Source of the DNA: Fidelibacterota bacterium
GTDB taxonomy: Bacteria; Fidelibacterota; Marinisomatia; Marinisomatales; S15-B10
Assembly: GCA_046861655.1 (NCBI GenBank)
Contig: JBHIAI010000042.1
Location: 1 to 14,538 of the forward strand
Direction of reading: 5' to 3'
DNA length: 14,538 nt
Position numbers and translations under genes: made by a program. The notes beneath the pieces are model-generated. The model did no database searches and was not told the origin of the DNA. It worked only from the letters and a program-made list of their open reading frames with translations. Shown here in pieces: positions 1 through 7,658 of the stretch. How positions within the stretch are numbered: position 1 is the stretch's first letter; every line of letters begins with the position of its first letter.

Positions 1-388
1 CCAGACCGAACGTCCCAACGGACAAAAGGTGACTGGCAATCCGATTGAGTTCCGCCACGATCACCCGGATGAATTCCACCTTTTCGGGAACCCTGGTGTC
101 CATGAGCTTTTCCACAGCGAGACAATAGCCAAGATTGTTGTTCATGGCGGCAATGTAGTCGCAGCGGTCCGTGAAGGGTATCACCTGTTCATAGGTGATG
201 CTCTCCGCGTGTTTCTCAAAACACCGGTGAAGATATCCGATATAGGGGGTAATCTCAGAAACGATTTCCCCGTCCGTCCGAACCTTCAGGCGCAGAACTC
301 CGTGGGTGCTGGGATGTTGAGGTCCCATATTCAGGACCATCTCATCCGCCCTGATCGTGCCCAGTTCGTAATCCAGGTTTACTGCCAT
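1..388 (-). CDS. nuoD: NADH-quinone oxidoreductase subunit D, N-terminal part (runs off the left edge; not in ORF track)
   Basis: Manual minus-strand translation from ATG at 388 gives [62 protein letters not shown]...FTDRCDY...[23 protein letters not shown]. This contains the NuoD hallmarks [17 protein letters not shown] and ELNRIxSH. It overlaps the nuoC stop by 10 nt. Confidence 0.96.
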   Translation of the reverse strand, partial: MAVNLDYELGTIRADEMVLNMGPQHPSTHGVLRLKVRTDGEIVSEITPYIGYLHRCFEKHAESITYEQVIPFTDRCDYIAAMNNNLGYCLAVEKLMDTRVPEKVEFIRVIVAELNRIASHLLSVGTFGL

Positions 389-879
389 CCGTCTTTCAGC
401 TTGGGTACCACGATACCGTGCCACGATTCCGGGAATTCGTAATCTTTCCTCAACGGGAACCCCTCCCAGTCCTCGGGTAACAGAATCCTGCGAAGGTCCC
501 TGTGCCCTTCAAAGCGGATGCCGTACATGTCGTAGACCTCTCGCTCGTGCCAGTCGGCGAAACGCCAGATTTGCTCCACCGAAGGGACTGTTGGATTGGC
601 CTTGGGAACCCGGATTCTTACCTCGAGCTTGTGCAGATGTTTCATGGAATGCAGATCATAGATGACCCCCAGGTCGGAATCTTCCACACCGTAGTCCAGA
701 CCCGTGATGCACATGAGCGAATCGAACCGGAGACGTTCGTCGTTCCGGAGAAACGGCGCCAGGTCCCCCCATCTGGATGGGGGCACCGCAAGATGGTCGG
801 CGGGGATGTCCTCCTGCGAGGGAAGAAACGATTCTCCAAAATGTTCTTCTATGTGCTGGGCGATTTCTTTGAATTCCAT
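379..879 (-). CDS. nuoC: NADH-quinone oxidoreductase subunit C
   Basis: Complex I 30-kDa subunit signature [38 protein letters not shown]. It lies between nuoA and nuoD, with GGAG upstream. Confidence 0.96.
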   Translation of the reverse strand: MEFKEIAQHIEEHFGESFLPSQEDIPADHLAVPPSRWGDLAPFLRNDERLRFDSLMCITGLDYGVEDSDLGVIYDLHSMKHLHKLEVRIRVPKANPTVPSVEQIWRFADWHEREVYDMYGIRFEGHRDLRRILLPEDWEGFPLRKDYEFPESWHGIVVPKLKDGWQ

Positions 880-895
880 CGGTGTGGGTTGCTCC

Positions 896-1378
896 CTAGG
901 ATGCAGGCAGTTCTGCCCTGGCGGGTGGTGTTTGGACGGGAACCCCTTCCTCAGCCGCGGGCGAAGACCCTTTGAGGACCTTCAATTTCCGGTAGCGGCC
1001 AGATCCGTAGGGGACCGTGAATTTGACCCAGTCAAGATCCCCCTTTCGCCACACATAGGCCAGTCCCACCGCCAGAATACCCAGAAAGATCATCATCTCC
1101 ACAAAAGCGAACAAACCCAGCTCCTTGTAGACGACGGCCCAGGGAAACATGAACACCATTTCCACCTCAAAAATGATGAAGATGAGGGCGATGACGTAAA
1201 AACGGATGTTGAACCGGATCCAGGCCACCCCTTCCACGTCTTCACCACATTCGTACGGAGTCAACTTGTCGAAGGTCTTACGCTGGGGTGATAGGATTCG
1301 CTGCAAGACCAGGGCGACGGCCAGGAGCAAGACTCCGATGAAGATGAAGAGAAATGAGGTTCCGAAATCCCTGTACAT
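896..1378 (-). CDS. nuoA: NADH-quinone oxidoreductase subunit A, with a ~40-aa C-terminal tail
   Basis: Three hydrophobic segments, a loop with PYECG, and the motifs [20 protein letters not shown] and [10 protein letters not shown]. Confidence 0.96.
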   Translation of the reverse strand: MYRDFGTSFLFIFIGVLLLAVALVLQRILSPQRKTFDKLTPYECGEDVEGVAWIRFNIRFYVIALIFIIFEVEMVFMFPWAVVYKELGLFAFVEMMIFLGILAVGLAYVWRKGDLDWVKFTVPYGSGRYRKLKVLKGSSPAAEEGVPVQTPPARAELPAS

Positions 1379-1405
1379 GGGTTTCCGACGGTTAGAACAG
1401 GCAGG

Positions 1406-1434
1406 AATTTACCGACCTGACCCCTCCCTTGCAA
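1406..1434 (-). promoter_or_regulatory. Putative sigma70-type promoter of the nuo operon
   Basis: Minus strand reads TTGCAA (1434-1429), a 17-nt spacer, then TAAATT (1411-1406), ending 27 nt before the nuoA ATG. Confidence 0.6.
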
Positions 1435-1493
1435 GGCAATTCCCCCCCGTAGGAAGGCTCATTTTACCGAAGGGGGCGGGACCTCAAAACCGA

Positions 1494-1522
1494 TTGATGT
1501 TGCCCCGCCCACAACCTAAATT
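1494..1522 (+). promoter_or_regulatory. Putative sigma70-type promoter of the proline dehydrogenase gene
   Basis: TTGATG (1494-1499), a 17-nt spacer, then TAAATT (1517-1522). The -10 hexamer is the same as in the divergent nuo promoter. Confidence 0.55.
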
Positions 1523-1535
1523 GATTCGCGGTTCG

Positions 1536-2438
1536 ATGGCCTGGTTCAATCAAGCCCTGGTGTCCTCCCTTCCCGTATTTCCAAAATTCCTGGTGAGCAG
1601 AATGGCCATGCGGTACGTGGCGGGGGAATCGCTGCAAGAAGCGATCCAGACGGTGTCGGACCTGAACCGGAGAGGGTTTTCAGCAACCCTGGACATTCTG
1701 GGAGAAAACACCACCTCCCGGGCAAAAGCGGAGGCTATCACCCGCCGTTACCTTCGCGTGTACGACGCGATCCAGCGGGAAGGCCTGGACTCGACCGTTT
1801 CGCTCAAGTTGACCCACCTGGGCCTGGGCTATGAGGACAGCCTCGCAGAAAAGTGCCTGATGGAAATCCTGGAAAAGGCGAAACGACACAACAACTTCCT
1901 GAGAATTGACATGGAGGATTCTCCTTACACCGATCGAACCCTGAATCTGTACCGCCGGTGCCTCAAGCGGTATTCCCAGGTGGGACCCGTCCTGCAGGCC
2001 TACCTCAAGAGAAGCGGCGACGACCTGTCTTCCCTTGTGGGAAAGGAGCTTAACGTTCGGATTTGCAAGGGTATCTACAACGAGTCCCCCGGTATCGCCT
2101 TCAAGGACCGCCAGGATATACGGGATAACTTCATCAGGCTGGTTCAGACAGCCCTTGAGGCCGAATCCACCGTGGGCATCGCTACGCACGACCTCTACCT
2201 CATCGATTCTCTGGAAACCTGGATAAGAAACAGGAACATCCCGCGGGATAAGTATGAGTTTCAGGTTCTCTATGGGGTCCCCGTGGGCCACAAGCTTGCT
2301 TCCTTGCTCACCAGGAAGCACCGGGTGAGAGTCTATGTACCCTTCGGAGAAGAGTGGTATCGGTACGCGACGCGAAGACTGAAAGAGAATCCCAGGATCG
2401 CCCGCTACGTTCTGAAAAACCTCACCCGGAGAAAATGA
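1536..2438 (+). CDS. putB: Monofunctional proline dehydrogenase (~300 aa)
   Basis: PRODH motifs RYVAGE, D.LGE, S.KLT.LG, IDMED, QAYL, R.CKG.Y, IATHD, EFQ.LYG, YVPFG and RRL.E.P. The start was moved from 1206 to the in-frame ATG at 1536, which removes the overlap with nuoA and gives the typical length. Confidence 0.93.
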   Translation: MAWFNQALVSSLPVFPKFLVSRMAMRYVAGESLQEAIQTVSDLNRRGFSATLDILGENTTSRAKAEAITRRYLRVYDAIQREGLDSTVSLKLTHLGLGYEDSLAEKCLMEILEKAKRHNNFLRIDMEDSPYTDRTLNLYRRCLKRYSQVGPVLQAYLKRSGDDLSSLVGKELNVRICKGIYNESPGIAFKDRQDIRDNFIRLVQTALEAESTVGIATHDLYLIDSLETWIRNRNIPRDKYEFQVLYGVPVGHKLASLLTRKHRVRVYVPFGEEWYRYATRRLKENPRIARYVLKNLTRRK

Positions 2439-2533
2439 CCTTGCTTCGGCCCGTCAAGATCCAGGATGAAAGTGGGCCGGGCGGTCCTCCAAGGGTAACT
2501 TCCAAGATCTCGACAGGAAGGAGGCCGCACCCG

Positions 2534-4726
2534 GTGGTCAACTTGTCCTCACGTCCCTCCCTGGGTCTGGTACTCCTTTTTCTGCTCACGCATCTGGTGT
2601 GGGGTCAAAACACCTTCGAGGCTCTCGTGAAAGACGAAGAGACAGGAAGCACCCTTCAGGGAGTGAACGTTTACTTCCAGTCCCTGAGTATCGGGGGGAC
2701 AACGGACGGGGAAGGAAGAGTGAAGATCATGGGTGTACCGGACGGGTCGTTCGACGTGTCTTTCTCTTATATTGGCTACAAACCCTACAGCACGGTTCTT
2801 TCCTTCCCTCTTGCCGAGGCGGATAAGATTACTCCGATCCTGCTAACACCCGAAGTTCTTAAGCTGGAAGCGGTTACGGTTACCACCACCCGCACCAGCA
2901 ACCGGATCGAAGATACGCCCGTCAGAGTGGAAGTCCTGGGGAGGGAAGAAGTGAATGAGGAAATAGCCATAAGGCCGGGAAACATCTCCAAGCTGCTGGG
3001 GGAAGCGTCTGGCGTCCAGGTACAGCAAACGTCTGCAACCTCCGGAAACGTGAGCTTCCGCTTGCAAGGGCTCCCGGGCAAGTATACCCAGCTTCTGAAA
3101 GACGGCTTTCCCGTTTACGGCGGTTTCCTGTCTGGTCTCAGCTTATTGCAAATTCCGCCGCTCGACCTGCGGCAGGTTGAAGTCATCCAAGGATCATCGT
3201 CGTCTTTTTATGGGGGAGACGCTGTCGCAGGCATCGTGAATCTGATTTCCAGGACCCCCACCAGACATCCCGAATGGTTCCTCTTGCTTAGCATGACGCA
3301 CAAAGGGGGAACGGATATCAGCACGTACTACTCAAGGAGCGGTGAGAAAACGGGATTCACGATCCTTGCAAGCCGGAGCACCCAGAAAGCGTTCGACGTA
3401 GACGGCGACGGATTTACCGACCTCCCAGAGTTTCATCAAGTCTCTCTGGAACCCAAATTGTTTTACGCCATCAACGCGACCACTTCTTTGACGGCGGGCC
3501 TCAGCTCCACCCTTGAGGATCGCAGAGGCGGCGACCTAATTGCCATCGAGACATCTCCCGATTCGCTCCACAGGTTTATGGAAATAAACCGAACCGCCAG
3601 GGTTACGTCCCAGGTCAAATTGGAGAAAGGAAAGGTACGTGACCGACGGCTGACGCTGAAGAACAGTGTGAGTTATTTCAGGCGCCAGTTTTCAACGGCC
3701 GCGAGGACCTTCAAGGGAGCCCAACTGTTCACCTATACTGAGGTGTCGCATCTGACCAAGACGGTTCGTCACGATTCGGTTCTGGGGGCAAACCTTATCA
3801 CGGAAACAATGGTGAGAAAAGAGAACCAGGAGGAATCGATCGGCACCGATGGAACGTACACGGCAGGACTGTTCGCGCACGTCAGCTGGAGAATCCGTCC
3901 ACCGTTTACTCTCCAGGTGGGCATGCGCACCGACTACCACGACGATTACGGCCTTTTCTCCATGCCCTCACTTTCCCTTCTTCACAAACTTTCGGACGCG
4001 TTGTATATCAGGGCCGGAGCGGGTATGGGTTATCGAACGCCAAGTCCCCTGGGCGAGGAAACAGAAGGGGAACCCTATCCGTCTGTACCTCACATGGCAT
4101 CAACCATCCGGGCTGAAGCGTCCAGGGGTGAAACCATCGACATCAATTATCGCACCGTTATCTCCGAGAGAATTTCCCTGACCATGAACCAGGCTTTTTA
4201 CCAAACCCAGGTGAACCATTCACTCATCCCTGACCCGGATTCCCTGGCAAGGGGTATCCTCTTGCTTGAAAACGCCCAGGGGCCGCTGGTAGCGAGGGGT
4301 CTGAACACGAACGTTCGCATGGGATACGACGAACTGGAACTGTTCATCGATTATAGTTACGCCCACGTCCGCAAGGGGTACGATCCGGAGAAACGGGATC
4401 TCGAATTGACGCCCAGGCACAAACTGAATATCACCCTGTCCTTCGAAGAAGAAAGCAGCTGGCGGGCGGGGATGGAAGCTTTCTACACGGGAAAGCAGGT
4501 CCGTTTAGACAAAAACCCGACACCTGGCTTCTGGACAGTAGGGCTCATGGCTCAGAAGTTCTACCGGTATTTCTCCATCATAGCGAATGTGGAGAATCTC
4601 TTCGATGTCAGGCAGACGAGATATGAGACCGTCGTGCTACCTCCGTATGACGACCCCATCTTCAGGGAATTGTGGGCCCCCCTGGATGGTATGGTAGCGA
4701 ACGTTGCGGTGAGAGTACACTTGTAG
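2534..4726 (+). CDS. TonB-dependent outer-membrane receptor with N-terminal carboxypeptidase-regulatory-like domain; substrate unknown
   Basis: AGGAGG (2519-2524) lies 9 nt before GTG 2534. The protein has a signal peptide (LGLVLLFLLTHLVWG/Q), a VKDEETG..L.GVNV...GGTTDGEG...FSYIGY domain, a TonB-box-like EAVTVTTTR, a plug segment QVEVIQGSSSSFYGGDAVAGIVNLI, and a C-terminal VENLFD...ANVAVRVHL. An alternative in-frame ATG at 2435 overlaps the PRODH stop. Confidence 0.92.
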   Translation: MVNLSSRPSLGLVLLFLLTHLVWGQNTFEALVKDEETGSTLQGVNVYFQSLSIGGTTDGEGRVKIMGVPDGSFDVSFSYIGYKPYSTVLSFPLAEADKITPILLTPEVLKLEAVTVTTTRTSNRIEDTPVRVEVLGREEVNEEIAIRPGNISKLLGEASGVQVQQTSATSGNVSFRLQGLPGKYTQLLKDGFPVYGGFLSGLSLLQIPPLDLRQVEVIQGSSSSFYGGDAVAGIVNLISRTPTRHPEWFLLLSMTHKGGTDISTYYSRSGEKTGFTILASRSTQKAFDVDGDGFTDLPEFHQVSLEPKLFYAINATTSLTAGLSSTLEDRRGGDLIAIETSPDSLHRFMEINRTARVTSQVKLEKGKVRDRRLTLKNSVSYFRRQFSTAARTFKGAQLFTYTEVSHLTKTVRHDSVLGANLITETMVRKENQEESIGTDGTYTAGLFAHVSWRIRPPFTLQVGMRTDYHDDYGLFSMPSLSLLHKLSDALYIRAGAGMGYRTPSPLGEETEGEPYPSVPHMASTIRAEASRGETIDINYRTVISERISLTMNQAFYQTQVNHSLIPDPDSLARGILLLENAQGPLVARGLNTNVRMGYDELELFIDYSYAHVRKGYDPEKRDLELTPRHKLNITLSFEEESSWRAGMEAFYTGKQVRLDKNPTPGFWTVGLMAQKFYRYFSIIANVENLFDVRQTRYETVVLPPYDDPIFRELWAPLDGMVANVAVRVHL

Positions 4727-4755
4727 GCCGCCGGCGCGAAGAGGACGTCACCCCT

Positions 4756-5625
4756 TCATCTCTCCCGGCTCTGACCCCATCCCATCTTTGACCGAAGCGT
4801 CCGGAAGTAATCGCGGTCCTCGAAAGTGACCATCTGGACATCATGGGAGGCCCGCCGGATAAGGAGGGAATCATCCCCGGAAAGCCTCTTCTCCACCTGT
4901 CCGTCCGCCGCCAGCCTCAGATCGGATTCTGTATCCGGAAAGGTTACCACCAGCTCATCCTGGGTGGGCAGAACGATGGGCCGGGCCGAAAGAGTATGAG
5001 GACAGATGGGGGTAACGGTAAACAAAGACAGCCACGGGGCGATGATGGGACCCCCCGCCGCCAGATTGTAGGCGGTGGAACCCGTGGGCGTGGATATGAT
5101 GAGGCCGTCTGCCGTGTAGGAAGTGATCAATCTTCCGTTGGTGGAAACGCTGCATTTCATCAGTCTGTAGCTTTCCCCTCTGTCAATGACCACATCGTTC
5201 AGGGCGAAAACCCGTTTTGTCTCCCCACCCTGGATTTCCGCTTCCAGGACCATACGGGGGAATATGGCGTACTCTCCTTTGATAACCGATTGGAGGCGGC
5301 TGTACACGTTTCTCACCCCCCCCTCGGCCAGAAACCCGAAACCTCCCAGATGAACTCCGAGAATCGGGGTCTTTCGGTGTCCCACCGCCCTGGCCGCTGA
5401 AAGAATGGTGCCGTCTCCCCCCATGGCCAGAACAAAATCGGACTGAAGAAAATCGTCAGCCGACCGTATCACTGAGAAGGTATAGGCCTTTCGATCCTTC
5501 ATCTTCCTCACGATGCGCTCGGTGAGAAACACGGTCTGATCTTGTTTCTCAAACCACGACATAAGGTCTGGAAGGAGGTCCCAGAATTCCTTCTTCTCCG
5601 TGTTTGCCCAAACGGCGACCGTCAT
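4756..5625 (-). CDS. nadK: NAD(+) kinase
   Basis: Motifs GGDGT, G.FGFLAE, ALND, ADGLIISTPTGSTAYNLAAGGP, PICPHTLSARP and DGQ. Confidence 0.97.
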   Translation of the reverse strand: MTVAVWANTEKKEFWDLLPDLMSWFEKQDQTVFLTERIVRKMKDRKAYTFSVIRSADDFLQSDFVLAMGGDGTILSAARAVGHRKTPILGVHLGGFGFLAEGGVRNVYSRLQSVIKGEYAIFPRMVLEAEIQGGETKRVFALNDVVIDRGESYRLMKCSVSTNGRLITSYTADGLIISTPTGSTAYNLAAGGPIIAPWLSLFTVTPICPHTLSARPIVLPTQDELVVTFPDTESDLRLAADGQVEKRLSGDDSLLIRRASHDVQMVTFEDRDYFRTLRSKMGWGQSRER

Positions 5626-5629
5626 CAGC

Positions 5630-5860
5630 TCAACTCTCCTGTGTCGCTTCCAACTCCCCCGACTCTTTCCTCATCAGGGTCTTGATCTTATCCTCGGCGG
5701 CCTCCAGCTGGGACCGGCACATGTCGGTCAGTTTCATCCCTTCTTCAAACAGCTTCAGGCTCTCCTCCAGGGAGATGGTTTCGCTTTCCAACGTGTTCAC
5801 GATTTCCTCAAGCCTCGCTCCCGCTTCCTCGAAAGTGACGATCTTCTTGGACTTGACCAT
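5630..5860 (-). CDS. xseB: Exodeoxyribonuclease VII small subunit
   Basis: TFEEA..RLEEIV..LES..ISLEESLKLFEEGMKL...C...LE.AE.KI, directly downstream of xseA. Confidence 0.96.
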   Translation of the reverse strand: MVKSKKIVTFEEAGARLEEIVNTLESETISLEESLKLFEEGMKLTDMCRSQLEAAEDKIKTLMRKESGELEATQES

Positions 5861-5866
5861 GCTGGT

Positions 5867-7150
5867 TCATTCCTCTCCATTGTTCTCATCCGGGGCCCAT
5901 GGGTCGTCCTGGGATACCTCCCTGGTCTCCGCCCTGATCCAGCCGTCGGACATCTGGACCCCGAAAGTCTCCCCCACTTCCAACAGGCCCACACGGCTTA
6001 CAACCCGTCTGTCGGGAAGGGTGTAGACGATGGAGTAGCCCCGTTCCAGGATGCTTCGGGGACTGACCGCCAGGAGGCGCTCCTGAAGTCCCTGGAAACG
6101 GGCCCGTTTGAGATCCCACACAGCTCTTATTCGATGGACCATTCTATCCGTCGAATCATTCACCCGCTGACCCATATTTTCCACAAGACGAGCGGGTTGC
6201 TGAAAACCATACCGGGCGGTGAGGGTGTCCAGAGTTTGCCATCCCCTCTCTATCCTGGCGTTGAGAGAGTCCACGACCCGCCGGCGCATGCCATCCAGGA
6301 AGGACAACAAGTCTTCTCTGGACGGGGCGACGAGCTCTGCCGCCGCCGAAGGGGTCGCTGCCCGCAAGTCCGCGACAAAATCGGCAATGGTGAAATCCGA
6401 CTCATGGCCCACGGCCGAAACGATGGGGATGGGGCAGGCCGCCATGGCCCGGGCAACTTTTTCCTCATTGAACGGCCACAGGTCTTCCAGAGAGCCCCCT
6501 CCCCGTCCCACGATGAGAACGTCAGCCTTTCCATAGTCCTCGAAATCTTTCAAGGCCTCCACAATGTCGTCGGCCGCCCCGGCCCCCTGGACGACGGTGG
6601 GACGGAGGACCAGCTCTACGTGGGGCGCTCGTCTACCCAGAACATTCCTGATGTCCTGAATGGCCGCCCCGGTCGAAGAAGTCACCACTCCCACCCGGAA
6701 CGGGTACCGGGGAAGGGGCTGCTTCCTTCTTTCATCGAACAACCCTTCCTCGGTCAGTTTCTTCTTCAGCGCCTCAAAGGCCAGATACAGGGTTCCCAAA
6801 CCCGCCGGTTCCATCCGCCTCACCACCAGCTGGTAGACTCCCCGGCTTTCATACACGGTGATATTTCCCTGGGCGAGGACCTTCATGCCGTCCTCAGGAG
6901 TGAAACGCAGGAATTGATTGTCCCTCCTGAACATCACCGACCGCAATTCCGCCCTGTCATCCTTAAGCGTCAGGTACATGTGCCCGGAGGTATGATGCTT
7001 GAAATTGGATACCTCCCCTTCCACCCAGACGAACGGGAAGGAGGCATCCAGCAAAGCTTTGATCTGGGAGGTAACCTGGGATACGGAAAGAATTTCCGGG
7101 GATCCCTTTTCGGGCTCGAAGGGGGGCTGGGTCATATCCGGGTAGGTCAT
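5867..7150 (-). CDS. xseA: Exodeoxyribonuclease VII large subunit
   Basis: OB-fold segment VWVEGEVSNFK..TSGHMYLTLKD, plus VVTS.TGAAIQD, RGGGSLEDLWPFN.E, SAVGHESD.T.AD..AD.RA.TPSAAAE and L.RGYS. The ATG at 7150 has GGAGG upstream, so it is preferred over the GTG at 7162. Confidence 0.97.
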   Translation of the reverse strand: MTYPDMTQPPFEPEKGSPEILSVSQVTSQIKALLDASFPFVWVEGEVSNFKHHTSGHMYLTLKDDRAELRSVMFRRDNQFLRFTPEDGMKVLAQGNITVYESRGVYQLVVRRMEPAGLGTLYLAFEALKKKLTEEGLFDERRKQPLPRYPFRVGVVTSSTGAAIQDIRNVLGRRAPHVELVLRPTVVQGAGAADDIVEALKDFEDYGKADVLIVGRGGGSLEDLWPFNEEKVARAMAACPIPIVSAVGHESDFTIADFVADLRAATPSAAAELVAPSREDLLSFLDGMRRRVVDSLNARIERGWQTLDTLTARYGFQQPARLVENMGQRVNDSTDRMVHRIRAVWDLKRARFQGLQERLLAVSPRSILERGYSIVYTLPDRRVVSRVGLLEVGETFGVQMSDGWIRAETREVSQDDPWAPDENNGEE

Positions 7151-7219
7151 CGGAACCTCCACGGCATCGAGAGACTTAGAGAAAACAAACGAGGATTCAG
7201 ATGGGGGAGCGGGAGGAGG

Positions 7220-7315
7220 TTATCTCTGCTTCTTCTTGTGCCTGTTCTGACGGAGACGCTTCTTCCGCTTGTGGGTTGAAATCTTTCTCCTCTTTCGCTT
7301 TTTCCCACAGGGCAC
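7220..7315 (-). CDS. 30S ribosomal protein bS22 (AURKAIP1/Cox24/mS38-like peptide), 31 aa; not in ORF track
   Basis: GTG at 7315 to TAA at 7220 translates as MPCGKKRKRRKISTHKRKKRLRQNRHKKKQR, matching the MPxGKKRKRxKxxTHKRKKRxRxNRHK pattern I recall for Bacteroidota-type bS22. An SD-like AGGA overlaps the HU stop 9 nt upstream. Confidence 0.88.
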   Translation of the reverse strand: MPCGKKRKRRKISTHKRKKRLRQNRHKKKQR

Positions 7316-7326
7316 GGTACAGAGTC

Positions 7327-7614
7327 CTACCCTACAAGAGCCTGATTGACCCGGGTCTTCAGCAGTCCGGATGGCTTGAAAGCAGGCACGTACCGTTCAG
7401 GAAGGTACACCACTTCCCCCGTTCCGGGATTTCTGGCCTTTCTGGGATCGCGTTTCTTCACACTGAAGGTGCCAAAACCCCGAAGTTCCACCCGGTCATT
7501 GTTTTCGAGAGCGGATATGATCGTGCCCACAACCCCATCCATCACGGCCTCCGTTTCCACTTTGGTAAGTCCTGTGGCTCTGGCAACGGTGTCAACGATG
7601 TCGGCTTTGGTCAA
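7327..7614 (-). CDS. hup: HU/IHF family DNA-binding protein
   Basis: MTKADIV...RVELRGFGTF....R..RKARNPGTGE....PER.VPAFKPS..LK. TTG start with GGGAG upstream. Confidence 0.93.
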   Translation of the reverse strand: MTKADIVDTVARATGLTKVETEAVMDGVVGTIISALENNDRVELRGFGTFSVKKRDPRKARNPGTGEVVYLPERYVPAFKPSGLLKTRVNQALVG

Positions 7615-7658
7615 AACGGCACTCCCGTAAGAATATGAACTCCGGTAAGCAAAATAAG

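Noticed and set aside
1160..1175. NuoA FEVE instead of the usual FDVE
   Set aside because: This conservative Asp-to-Glu change keeps the carboxylate and is not enough to infer altered function.
29..1291. Plus-strand ORFs 29-442, 502-975 and 704-1291
   Set aside because: They are antisense shadows of nuoD, nuoC and nuoA, and none resembles NuoB.
1206..1535. 110-aa N-terminal extension of proline dehydrogenase in the ORF track
   Set aside because: It overlaps nuoA on the opposite strand and both predicted promoters. PRODH-like sequence starts at ATG 1536.
2354..2533. N-terminal extension of the TonB receptor from 2354
   Set aside because: It overlaps the PRODH 3' end. The strong SD and signal peptide position favour GTG 2534, with ATG 2435 kept only as an alternative.
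2439..2533. Cobalamin or TPP riboswitch before the TonB receptor
   Set aside because: There is no B12-box or GGGAA..GCCCCCGC pattern and no TPP CUGAGA motif. It is kept only as an unclassified structure.
5316..5323. G8 tract (coding strand) in nadK as a phase-variation site
   Set aside because: The frame is intact, nadK is usually essential, and short G/C runs are expected at this GC content.
5600..7279. 559-aa plus-strand ORF
   Set aside because: It is antisense to well-conserved xseB, xseA and bS22, has no recognisable motifs, and has the composition of a shadow ORF caused by GC-rich codon bias.
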